Under the pieces are notes generated by a model, which did not search any database, was not told the DNA's origin, and saw nothing but the letters and a program-made list of their open reading frames with translations. Positions 1 through 8,615 of a DNA stretch of 15,521 nt are shown one piece after another. The position numbers and the translations under genes are program-made. The DNA is from Candidatus Heimdallarchaeota archaeon. GTDB lineage: Archaea > Asgardarchaeota > Heimdallarchaeia > Heimdallarchaeales > Heimdallarchaeaceae. Location: positions 1 through 15,521 of the forward strand of contig JAEOTE010000097.1 in the NCBI GenBank assembly GCA_016839945.1. The letters run 5' to 3'. The number at the start of each line of letters is the position of its first letter. The stretch's first letter is position 1.

Positions 1-330
1 AGAGATTCTTAATCTAGGTTTCAATCTAAAATGACAAATATTTAGCTGATCATCTTTAGATAGTTTGTTCATTTTTCTTATTATCTTAGTTCTATCTTTT
101 TCTGCATCAACACTTTTATCAAAATTTGTTTGATCTCCATAATCAAGAATCACTTCATGAATATTATTTTTTGGAATTTGAACTTTAAAGAAATCAAGAC
201 CATTTTCTAGTCTTGATAATTCAGGGTGAGTTAATCCACAGAATGGAGTATCAATAGTTGTAGTACCCAGTTTTAGTTTTGCAGTTCTAAATTCATCTAT
301 ATTCGTTTTAACATTGAAATCAAATGACAT
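1..330 (-). CDS. Partial (runs off window) protein with a tRNA-guanine transglycosylase (TGT)-like N-terminus; divergent TGT-fold protein
   Basis: Manually translated, not in the ORF track. ATG at 330, in-frame stop upstream at 364-366, open to base 1: MSFDFNVKTNIDEFRTAKLKLGTTTIDTPFCGLTHPELSRLENGLDFFKVQIPKNNIHEVILDYGDQ... The start matches the TGT pattern F-x-(I/V)-x(5-6)-R-x-(G/A)-x-L-x(4-5)-I-x-T-P. No DSGG motif in the 110 visible residues. Confidence 0.55.
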   Translation of the reverse strand, partial: MSFDFNVKTNIDEFRTAKLKLGTTTIDTPFCGLTHPELSRLENGLDFFKVQIPKNNIHEVILDYGDQTNFDKSVDAEKDRTKIIRKMNKLSKDDQLNICHFRLKPRLRIS

Positions 331-686
331 TGCTTCTACTTTCCCTAATTCTCTCTTCCTTGATTAATATCACTAAACTTCCTCTATTAGTTTAATAAAC
401 CTTTCTTAATATTTTGCAAATTAAGCTATCTAAACACATTCTTTTCTGTTCTAAATGTGTAAAATTAATTCCAAATAATATTTCAAGACAAATAATCTTC
501 TGAATTTTTCATTATACTGCAATCAGAAAACAACATTAGTCAGAAAGATGTCTTCTTGTTTCCTCTTCTTTACTGTATTATTCCACCTTCTCGGCAATGG
601 AAATTAAGTATACTTCCAATGGAACTAAAAAAATCCAAACTATTCTTATGATTAAGGATGAGGGTTTCTTGATGTTGTTCAAATTA

Positions 687-1001
687 TTATTCAATTCTCT
701 CTAGTTTAAAACAAACAGGTCGAATTCCATCTGGACATGTGGCATAAGCTACATCTTTTCCAGTCCAGCCTTCATAGCAACCACCCCATTTTAGCATCCA
801 AAAATCTTTGAAAATTCCATACCATGCATGAGGGCAAAATCCTTCTGGCATACGAATATGCATTTCTTCATCAACTAAATATTCTGCTCCTTCCTTTAGA
901 AAGCACGGAGGAATGGGTTCTCCTGTTTCACGAATGAAATCCTTTCCAATTACATCCTTTGGAGTAAATTTCTTGATTACAGTTATTTTGATTTTCACCA
1001 T
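687..1001 (-). CDS. TIGR04076 family small Cys-containing protein
   Basis: KIKITVIKK start, PC...EG.EY, PEGFCPHAW and C-terminal CPDGIRPVCFKLERIE match the TIGR04076 pattern. Confidence 0.85.
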   Translation of the reverse strand: MVKIKITVIKKFTPKDVIGKDFIRETGEPIPPCFLKEGAEYLVDEEMHIRMPEGFCPHAWYGIFKDFWMLKWGGCYEGWTGKDVAYATCPDGIRPVCFKLERIE

Positions 1002-1360
1002 GATTTTTCCAACTCATCTAGATGCAATATTAGATTCCTTATCTCTTTCTCTATAATTTTTAACATGAAAATTAGGAGTTTCAAATCCTTATATATTTTT
1101 TTTATTCTTCTTCTTTCTTCTTTCTTATCACCTATTAGGCAGTGGAAATTGACAAAAAATCAGGTGGAAAAAATGATATGGTTTTTCGTCAACTATTGCT
1201 CCTATAATAACACTTAGCATTTGATGAGGTGAGTATCTGATCAAATTTTACTTTCTTCATAAGAAGTTCTAGAGATTTTCGAATATTTAAAACCGTTTTC
1301 CGCTAGTTGAGCTAATTCCTTTCTTTAAAAATGCTTATAAGTTCCTCTATAATACATTCG

Positions 1361-2680
1361 ATGATTCAGATGAATATCGAAGAGGAAAAATTCTATCATA
1401 TAGTTTTTGAAAATCAAATACTTGCACATGAAAGGTTTAATGAAAAAATCCCTGAATCTATGGAACAAGTTGAGATTTGGATTAGTGATAGATACTTTAT
1501 ACATATTTCTAAAAAAAAGTGGCTAATCGTAAATCTTGTAGATAACAAGTTGCTTTTCTTAGATACTCATTTGAAGCTCTATACAGATTATTCACTTCCT
1601 TTAGATTTACTCCAATGTTTAAATAAAGTTGCTAGATTACAATACAAGAACAGCTATCGTAATAAGGGGAAAATTACCAAAACAGATCAATCAAAGAAAA
1701 TAAACAACATGGAATGTGAGGAATTGTTAATAGTAACTGAAGATATAAATCACACTACTATTAACCAATGGGTAACAAATGATGTTCCTTTTAATCTTGA
1801 GAATTATTATCAATTGATGGGGATAGCAAGAAGATTTCAGTTCCCTAATCATGATGATTCGTTTCATCAGCAATTAGAAAAAGTAACAGGTTTTCCTATT
1901 TATGAAGAAATTGCTCAAACGATTCGAGGGAAAGAACTTCGAATTATCAGAAAGATTAAGGAAATCAATGAGGAGAACCTTCCAAGTGACATCGCTGATA
2001 TTCCTAAAGACTACACTCTTAAGGAAAAGATATCTTATCAAGAATTAATCACTCAAGAATTAACTCCTTTACAGAAATACTCTCCCGAACAAGAGAAGAT
2101 TATTCAGTTCTTACACTACCATCACGACTGGTATTTGAATAGAGACATTAATAGATTAGATGAATGGATAACTCGAAACTTTACAGAGAATACCTACATT
2201 ATTGGAACCAATGGTGTATTTCCAGGGGAATTTGAATGGCGTAAGGGAATTCAAGCTGCAAAAGAAATCTACGCTAATGATTATTACAATAAATGGAACT
2301 TACGGTTATTTATTGAAGAAGCAGATATTGAAATTGATTTTGAAGGTCAATTCGCATGGGTGGTGGTTTTTGGAATGGTTACTAGAAAAGCAACAGACCA
2401 TGAGTCTCGAAGCTCTGAAGCAAGTAGAAAACGCTCCTTAGCTAGAATAAAATCATATACTGAAACTGAATGGGATACTAAACGAGCTCTCTATGAAGTC
2501 ATACATGATGCCAGCATGATCTTAGTTCAATATGAAAGAGGAGAGATATTTTTCTGGCCTGTAAGATGCACTTTTAATCTAAAAAAAGTGAATAAAGAAT
2601 GGAAGATTAACCAACTTCATTATTCATGGTCTGGATATGGTTTTCCTGCTGTTCGTTTGTTTGACGTTGATATAGAATAG
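1361..2680 (+). CDS. Fusion protein: N-terminal DUF4412-like domain plus C-terminal SnoaL/NTF2-like domain
   Basis: N-half has DUF4412/GLPGLI-type motifs (KTDQSKKINNMECEE, WVTNDVPF, GFPIYEE, DIPKDYT). C-half has SnoaL-type motifs (IIGT..., GQFAWV, WPVRCTFNLKKVNKEWKINQLHYS). ORF track starts at 1331, but TTATAA at 1335-1340 favours ATG 1361 or 1370. Confidence 0.7.
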   Translation: MIQMNIEEEKFYHIVFENQILAHERFNEKIPESMEQVEIWISDRYFIHISKKKWLIVNLVDNKLLFLDTHLKLYTDYSLPLDLLQCLNKVARLQYKNSYRNKGKITKTDQSKKINNMECEELLIVTEDINHTTINQWVTNDVPFNLENYYQLMGIARRFQFPNHDDSFHQQLEKVTGFPIYEEIAQTIRGKELRIIRKIKEINEENLPSDIADIPKDYTLKEKISYQELITQELTPLQKYSPEQEKIIQFLHYHHDWYLNRDINRLDEWITRNFTENTYIIGTNGVFPGEFEWRKGIQAAKEIYANDYYNKWNLRLFIEEADIEIDFEGQFAWVVVFGMVTRKATDHESRSSEASRKRSLARIKSYTETEWDTKRALYEVIHDASMILVQYERGEIFFWPVRCTFNLKKVNKEWKINQLHYSWSGYGFPAVRLFDVDIE

Positions 2681-2700
2681 TTTGAAGATATTTCAAATTA
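2678..2700 (+). terminator. Possible hairpin immediately after the DUF4412/SnoaL stop codon
   Basis: TAGTTTGAA-GATAT-TTCAAATTA inverted repeat overlapping the stop codon. It is AT-rich, so support is weak. Confidence 0.3.
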
Positions 2701-2854
2701 TACTCAAAGTGTTCACCTATTTTAAAAGAATCAGCTGTTTTTTCTCCAATTGACCAATATGTTGGTTGTTTTTCAGCTCCTGTGTAAATTAATGGATTGA
2801 TTTTTTTCATATCAGGTAATCCTTCAAACAAAAATTGTTCAGATTAATAAATTG

Positions 2855-3688
2855 TTAGTGTCTTCTCGTGAGAACCATGATCATTCCTAAAGTGAATAAA
2901 GCTATTAAACCACTAACCCATTTTATTGGAGTACCTTGAGTTTGAGTACTTTTTGAATTCAATAAAATTAATTCTAATAATTCTTGTTCTTCTTCACCCA
3001 TGATACTTTGTTCATAATATTCATAGATTCTCATCCTTTGTAAATAACCCCAAGATATATTGTAACTAACTTCAAAGCTTTTCACTCTTTCAAATGTGTC
3101 TGCACTAGAAGAAAATTCTTCTGATTCATATGATTCCCATTTCAAATTGAAAAGATTAGCAGTAATATTGACTTCAAACATTCCGCTTTCGTTATTGAAA
3201 CAACTAGGTTGTAATTCATCTTCTAAATCCTCCCAGTAATTTGTTCTATCGGGTGAAGTAGGTGACCCGTGACGTTCTGGTCCTACGTATCCAAATTCAT
3301 AATCACCCATCTCATCAAAAGCATCAACATAGTAATCCCATTCTTCAACACTCGAGAGATCTATTTCATTTAGATACACGCTTACCCAGTTTTTAGTATT
3401 ATATTGTAATGTATAAGGTTCACTTAGGTATAAATCATCAGGATCTGTTTTAACTTCAAATCTAATTGTATCTCCTTCTTCTACCAAATAGCCATCAGCT
3501 AGTGTCCAATTGAAATCAGCTTCTTTTATGAATGTATTCACATTCCATTCTAGGATCACACCAGGAACAATAAAATCTGAATAATAATAATTAATTTCAG
3601 ATACTTGAGCAAGATTCGAATTACTGAAGGTAAATGAAAGAAATGAAATTAGTACTAGACTAAAGAGTATCTTCTGTTTAATCTGCAT
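2855..3688 (-). CDS. Secreted, C-terminally membrane-anchored acidic surface protein
   Basis: Signal peptide MQIKQKILFSLVLISFLSFTFS, acidic body with N-x-S/T sequons (NWT, NES, NIT, NIS), S/T linker, then TPIKW, a hydrophobic helix and an RRH tail (CTERM-like sorting-signal architecture). Confidence 0.75.
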   Translation of the reverse strand: MQIKQKILFSLVLISFLSFTFSNSNLAQVSEINYYYSDFIVPGVILEWNVNTFIKEADFNWTLADGYLVEEGDTIRFEVKTDPDDLYLSEPYTLQYNTKNWVSVYLNEIDLSSVEEWDYYVDAFDEMGDYEFGYVGPERHGSPTSPDRTNYWEDLEDELQPSCFNNESGMFEVNITANLFNLKWESYESEEFSSSADTFERVKSFEVSYNISWGYLQRMRIYEYYEQSIMGEEEQELLELILLNSKSTQTQGTPIKWVSGLIALFTLGMIMVLTRRH

Positions 3689-4093
3689 TTTAAAGAACCA
3701 ACCATTCTCAAGCTATTTTGTAAAGTATAATCGATTCCTTAATATATCTTTTTAATAGTTGCTAGTTATTTTGTAGAAATGATAGACGAAAAATGAGTTC
3801 TAGAATAAAGTTTCAGTGGAATTATTGAACTTGATTTAACATTGAAATTAACTGAAGTAAAAAACAAGAGAATCACAAGAATCATAAAGTTATATCTTTT
3901 CATTTTTAGTACCCCTTTATGATAAATCATGTTATTTTATAGTTCAAACACTTATAATAGGTTGTAAACCAATATAATAACATTATTTCCATGGAGAAAG
4001 ATCTTACTTCAACATTCATGATCAGTATTTCTAAAGCGAATTAGTGAGTTTGATAATTTGATTTTAGTTTCTTCAAGGTTCTTGTATTTATTC

Positions 4094-5122
4094 TCATTCT
4101 TTATGTTTTTCAACTATTTGAGTTATTTTAGAATGAATATAATCTATGGTTAGTCCATCTTTTGTAAAGTAATAAGAACTAGCAAAATCCTCATGTTCAG
4201 CTTCAAATAATTCCAAGAGCTTTTGGTAAAATTTTAATGCTTCTTCAAACATTCCTTTTTCACTATAAATCAAACCATTTATTACTAGATTATCAACAAT
4301 ATTGAAAGTACAGCCAATATTTCTATATTCTTTTTTTCTTCTGAAACCTATCTTTTCAGCAGTTTTAACTGATCCAATATTTCTTTTAGCACAATGCCAT
4401 CCAACAGAGCTATACTTTGAAAGACAACATTCTGCAGTAGCTGAACCAACAATTGTTGCAAAACCTTTTCCTCGGTATTCTTCTCTTGTTGCAACACCTA
4501 CTTCAATATCATTTTCAAGTGTGAGATATTCTGTAGTACACCAACTTACAATCTCTTTATTATCTTTAAGAAGATAGAATCCTCTAATTTCTATTAGATT
4601 TTCTTCAAGAGGAGTCCAACATTCTTCAATCTCATTCCTAAGCCATTCAAAATTCTTAAGATGTTTTCTATCTAAGAATGATAAATCTACAGGTTCCACA
4701 CTATATCCTTCAGGTATCTTTTCTCTCCAATTACTATCTGCTATTTCTTCGATTTCATAGTAATATCTTTCATTGATAAAAGGGTAAGGAAAAACCTTTC
4801 TTAATGCTTCAATCCAATCTTCAGTTTCAATATAGAAGAAAACATCACCATTATAAAGATCTATGAATTCTTGCTTCCTTTCTTTAAAAAGATAATCTGC
4901 AATTTCTTGGTTAAAAATTTCATTATCGGTCCTTCCGCCTAGAAAACCTTTCTGTCTCATTAGAACTAGAGCAGTCTGAGGAGCAGCAGAATCATCTACA
5001 AAAACATGTTTTTTAACAGATGTAAGTTGAAGGTGACTTCGAACAGCATTAGCATATCTAGCTTTATCAAAAAGGTGTATAATTTCTATATACCTATCTG
5101 CTGGGAGTAGATACATAATCAC
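4094..5122 (-). CDS. GNAT family acetyltransferase (GNAT_acetyltran-like) with C-terminal TPR-like helices
   Basis: Acetyl-CoA motif A EVGVATREEYRGKGFAT and motif B WHCAKRNIGSVKTAEKIGF. The C-terminal GLIYSEKGMFEEALKFYQKLLEL is TPR-like. Confidence 0.85.
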   Translation of the reverse strand: MIMYLLPADRYIEIIHLFDKARYANAVRSHLQLTSVKKHVFVDDSAAPQTALVLMRQKGFLGGRTDNEIFNQEIADYLFKERKQEFIDLYNGDVFFYIETEDWIEALRKVFPYPFINERYYYEIEEIADSNWREKIPEGYSVEPVDLSFLDRKHLKNFEWLRNEIEECWTPLEENLIEIRGFYLLKDNKEIVSWCTTEYLTLENDIEVGVATREEYRGKGFATIVGSATAECCLSKYSSVGWHCAKRNIGSVKTAEKIGFRRKKEYRNIGCTFNIVDNLVINGLIYSEKGMFEEALKFYQKLLELFEAEHEDFASSYYFTKDGLTIDYIHSKITQIVEKHKE

Positions 5123-5198
5123 GATAATTTATTCATATTATTATAAACTTAATGTACAATCATATGAGCAAGACTAGTTGGAAAAAATTAAAGTGAAA

Positions 5199-7709
5199 CT
5201 ATAAGATTTTATTCGAAATAGGAAATGAGATGAAGATACTTTTTTGTCGAAGAGAAATAATTGCTTCAAAAACATATAGTAATTTTTTCTCCTTTACATC
5301 CTTGTAGTTATTTAGAAGATTTTCTAAATAGAAATGTCCTTTAGATTCCATTAGTTTTAAACTAAAATTATATATCTCCTTTTCCAATTTATTGAGAGTA
5401 TATTCATCTGATTCAATTATTTTGGTTTTGTGGAGTAAATTCAGTGAAAGTGCAAATTTTTCTTCTATTAATGCTTCAGATGATGAAAATTTGTGTATCT
5501 CTCCTGTCCAATTAGCTAATTCATTGTAAAATTTCTCTTCGAAAATTTCTGAGAAATCTTTTAGTTGGTTAATTACCTTTTCACTTGGAATCACACTATA
5601 AATCGCAGCAATTCGTACAAATATCCCATCAAACATTACTATGTGATGATCCTTGTAATTCATATATTGAAGAATAGTTTCTCCTGTTTCATTTGTTGAT
5701 AATGAATTTTCTTCTAGAATATTTCCTCCGAATGATGAAAAGGCATGAAGTAAACCTGCCATAAGATTTGCATCAATTTTTGTATCTTCAGCTAAAGGAT
5801 CCAAAAAACATAATCCTGATTCTTTATGGATAATTAGTAATCTAATTAATTTTATCGAATCTTGGAATTCTATCATCATATGCTTTAATTCAAGTAATTT
5901 TGTTTTTTTTCCTGGAACATAGAAAATTCGTCTAATAAAAAATACCATAGTTACTGAAACTAAAGCACTAAGACTCACCCACCCTATATAAGTAAAAACT
6001 TTTCTTAAAAGTGGAATGGGATTCTTTACTAATATGTTAGAACTTGCAAATCCTACTTCTGTTCCATTTGTCCAAATTATATTTATACTATAGATCCCCT
6101 CAATTTGATATTCTGAATGGAAATCATATAAGAAAATTGCATTATATTCAGAAAGATTATCAATCAAAGAAACTTGGTCAATATGTATTTCTAATTCATT
6201 AGGATCATAAACTAATAACCAAAACTGTCCACTTGATATCTCCCTTCCATTTGTATCAGATATTTTACAACAAATCCTAACTTCTTTTTCATGGTAAGAT
6301 TCGGTGATTATATTATCTTGTTCATCAAGAATATCTACTTCAATAATTCTGTTTTGAGAAATAAACTCAATCTCCCAGAATCCATCATCTGAATCTTGAA
6401 TTAACAAACTAAACGAATTTTGAGTCCAATTGCTATGATTTATTGTATTACAAAGAACAGATGAAACCATCCAATCATTCTCTATACTGATATTCAGTAT
6501 CTTATTTTCTGCATTATTTGGGTACTCTACAATAAATGAAGAAGTCCAACTGGTAGTATTTTGTTCAGAATTTATCTGAAATTCTGTGTCAATCGTATAG
6601 CTATCATAAAAGTAACCACGCCAGATAACATCGTAGCTAATCTCCCATTGATAGAAATCAGACCAAGAAAAATCTATGAATAATGAAATATTATTGTTAG
6701 TCATATTTATCGCAGGATTTAAAACACCACTATCCCAAATCCCAATTCCCGGTGTTATTTGATCTGTAATCGTAATATTATTTACTCTAAGGTTAATATC
6801 TGATGGGTAAAGATTATCCAAAATTGGTGAAATAGAGCAATTGAGGAAAAAATCTTTTTCTAAATGAAAGAAATCTAAAATATATGAATATGCATCTCCT
6901 TCATCAGTATTATCTGGTATTGCATCATCAGAACAACAGACCCAATTAATTTTCGAAGAATCTTGATTTGGTCTACAGATTCCTAGATAAAATGTATTTG
7001 CATAAGTGGTTGTTGGGTCAACTATTAATGTTTCATTTAATTCCAACCAAACCCATCTTTCTTCGCCTAATAGAATATTTGGTGCTATTTGAACATCAAT
7101 TTCTTGTGATAAAGGTGAAGTCGTATTTGGTAAAGTTGCTGATACGACTCCAGGTATTGCTGAATAAACCTGAAATCTTATAAAACCGTCTGATTCTCCA
7201 CGAAGATAAATCCAGAAACCATTTATCTTAACAAGTTGCGATCCATTTATATAAAAACCCATATAAAGAATTTCAGTTTTTTGGATGAAATTTACTTCAG
7301 GAGACATTGAAGGGTCGTAATTTTCAACAGCAGTTATAATATACAAAGCTTCAATTCTTGAGAAATTTAAAACTTCTCTATACAATAAACCTACTTTATC
7401 AGAAATAGTAATATTCTTCTGAGAAAATTGATCTGGAAAATATTCAGAAATCTGCCAGAGATTCTGAGTAGGCCTAGAATTACCATTTTCTCGAAATGAT
7501 GTAGGATGTTTGTAAATGCTATGAATATCGTCTCCATTTTGAATATGCTTTTCAAATGAAACAATATTTGACTGCTCTTCTGTACTAAATTTTGATTTCT
7601 CTGTTCTTGTAGTAATGAAATTTTCCGTTTTTTGAGAGAATGGACAATATATCATTATATTTGCAATTATTACGATTACAAGCAGAACATTTACTGTAGT
7701 TGATTTCAT
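5199..7709 (-). CDS. Single-pass receptor-like membrane protein: large glycosylated extracellular region, TM helix, cytoplasmic longin/roadblock-like domain and C-terminal winged-helix-like domain
   Basis: N-terminal hydrophobic signal, about 15 N-x-S/T sequons, TM VFTYIGWVSLSALVSVTMVFFI followed by RR. The cytoplasmic part LLIIHKESGLC...DANLMAGLLHAFSSFG...FEEKFYNELANWTGEIHKF is the pattern of Asgard longin-like domains. Confidence 0.7.
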   Translation of the reverse strand: MKSTTVNVLLVIVIIANIMIYCPFSQKTENFITTRTEKSKFSTEEQSNIVSFEKHIQNGDDIHSIYKHPTSFRENGNSRPTQNLWQISEYFPDQFSQKNITISDKVGLLYREVLNFSRIEALYIITAVENYDPSMSPEVNFIQKTEILYMGFYINGSQLVKINGFWIYLRGESDGFIRFQVYSAIPGVVSATLPNTTSPLSQEIDVQIAPNILLGEERWVWLELNETLIVDPTTTYANTFYLGICRPNQDSSKINWVCCSDDAIPDNTDEGDAYSYILDFFHLEKDFFLNCSISPILDNLYPSDINLRVNNITITDQITPGIGIWDSGVLNPAINMTNNNISLFIDFSWSDFYQWEISYDVIWRGYFYDSYTIDTEFQINSEQNTTSWTSSFIVEYPNNAENKILNISIENDWMVSSVLCNTINHSNWTQNSFSLLIQDSDDGFWEIEFISQNRIIEVDILDEQDNIITESYHEKEVRICCKISDTNGREISSGQFWLLVYDPNELEIHIDQVSLIDNLSEYNAIFLYDFHSEYQIEGIYSINIIWTNGTEVGFASSNILVKNPIPLLRKVFTYIGWVSLSALVSVTMVFFIRRIFYVPGKKTKLLELKHMMIEFQDSIKLIRLLIIHKESGLCFLDPLAEDTKIDANLMAGLLHAFSSFGGNILEENSLSTNETGETILQYMNYKDHHIVMFDGIFVRIAAIYSVIPSEKVINQLKDFSEIFEEKFYNELANWTGEIHKFSSSEALIEEKFALSLNLLHKTKIIESDEYTLNKLEKEIYNFSLKLMESKGHFYLENLLNNYKDVKEKKLLYVFEAIISLRQKSIFISFPISNKIL

Positions 7710-7948
7710 ACTGCTCTAAATAATAAATACTAGAAACATGTGTAAAAAAACTTTCGTTATACTGAATTTTTAATAGAAATAAATGATGATAGTGAGAACT
7801 TTGATAAATTACTTTTTGTGCATTATAGAATCTTTTGAAGTTGTTTTTAGATTTTGTTAATCAATAAACATATTATGTTTTTTAATTTTTATAAGTGCAT
7901 CTAAAATTATAAATCTTAAAATATCGAAAAATTAATTCTGAATTGAAA

Positions 7949-8458
7949 TTATTGGTAAGTTGAAAAATCAGATTTCTTCTTAGAATATTGGTTTCCCATA
8001 GTGTTTTCTATGTTCTGATTATAAATCTTTAATTCTTTAACTGTTCCTACGATTCCCCATATAATTAATGTAAGATATGCAGGAATGACAGCATACACTA
8101 GAAAATAGTTTTGCAAAACTACTTTAGTAAATACATCTATAAAAACTACAGCTAGAAAGATTGAGAAGAATTTAATTCCTTTTTTCTTTCTACCAGCATA
8201 CATAAATCCTATGCCTGGAATTAGAAAGAAAGGAAAAATCAAAAATATGTTCTTTTTTGGGAAAAAATTCTTGTCTTGAAATGCGTTGGTGATTTTATCT
8301 TTTGGACTAGGTTCTTCTTGAGTGTAAGATTTGTCATAAATATACCCAACAGTTTTACTAAATTTCCTTAAATTAACTCCACATTTTGGACACTTCCTAC
8401 TTCTATTCGGAATTGATTCACCACAATTAACACAATATTTCTCCATCTTATTCTCCAT
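7949..8458 (-). CDS. Zinc-ribbon domain membrane protein (TM2-like C-terminal half)
   Basis: YCVNCG-x(7)-KCPKCG zinc ribbon, IPGIGFMYAGRKKKG motif and about three hydrophobic segments. Start placed at ATG 8458 (alternative 8446); ORF track extends to 8527. Confidence 0.75.
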   Translation of the reverse strand: MENKMEKYCVNCGESIPNRSRKCPKCGVNLRKFSKTVGYIYDKSYTQEEPSPKDKITNAFQDKNFFPKKNIFLIFPFFLIPGIGFMYAGRKKKGIKFFSIFLAVVFIDVFTKVVLQNYFLVYAVIPAYLTLIIWGIVGTVKELKIYNQNIENTMGNQYSKKKSDFSTYQ

Positions 8459-8615
8459 CTTCTTAGGTTGGTAAACAGTCTCAATTGAATAAATATAGTT
8501 AATTGTTTTGCAAAATTTCTTTTTCATGCGGTTTCATTACAGTTGCTTTAATGTTCTATGAAAGAAAATAGCAATAAGTTATCAACATATACTTATTAGT
8601 AAATTATGAAGACAA

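Noticed and set aside
1136-1204. Hairpin considered as a SECIS element
   Set aside because: Lacks the tandem GA/GA core, and no neighbouring gene shows a plausible in-frame UGA read-through.
1221-1240. TGATGA...CTGA resembling C and D' boxes of a C/D sRNA
   Set aside because: Only a 9-nt spacer, and no recognisable C'/D pair downstream.
2202-2441. 79-aa alternate-frame ORF
   Set aside because: Lies wholly inside the SnoaL-domain CDS; no motif.
3689-4093. 400-bp intergenic region examined for RNA genes, repeats or small ORFs
   Set aside because: Only short AT-rich palindromes and a tiny AAGAATCA duplication, as expected by chance.
4302-4577. 91-aa + strand ORF
   Set aside because: Antisense shadow of the GNAT gene.
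6968-7183. 71-aa + strand ORF
   Set aside because: Antisense within the 836-aa CDS; no motif.
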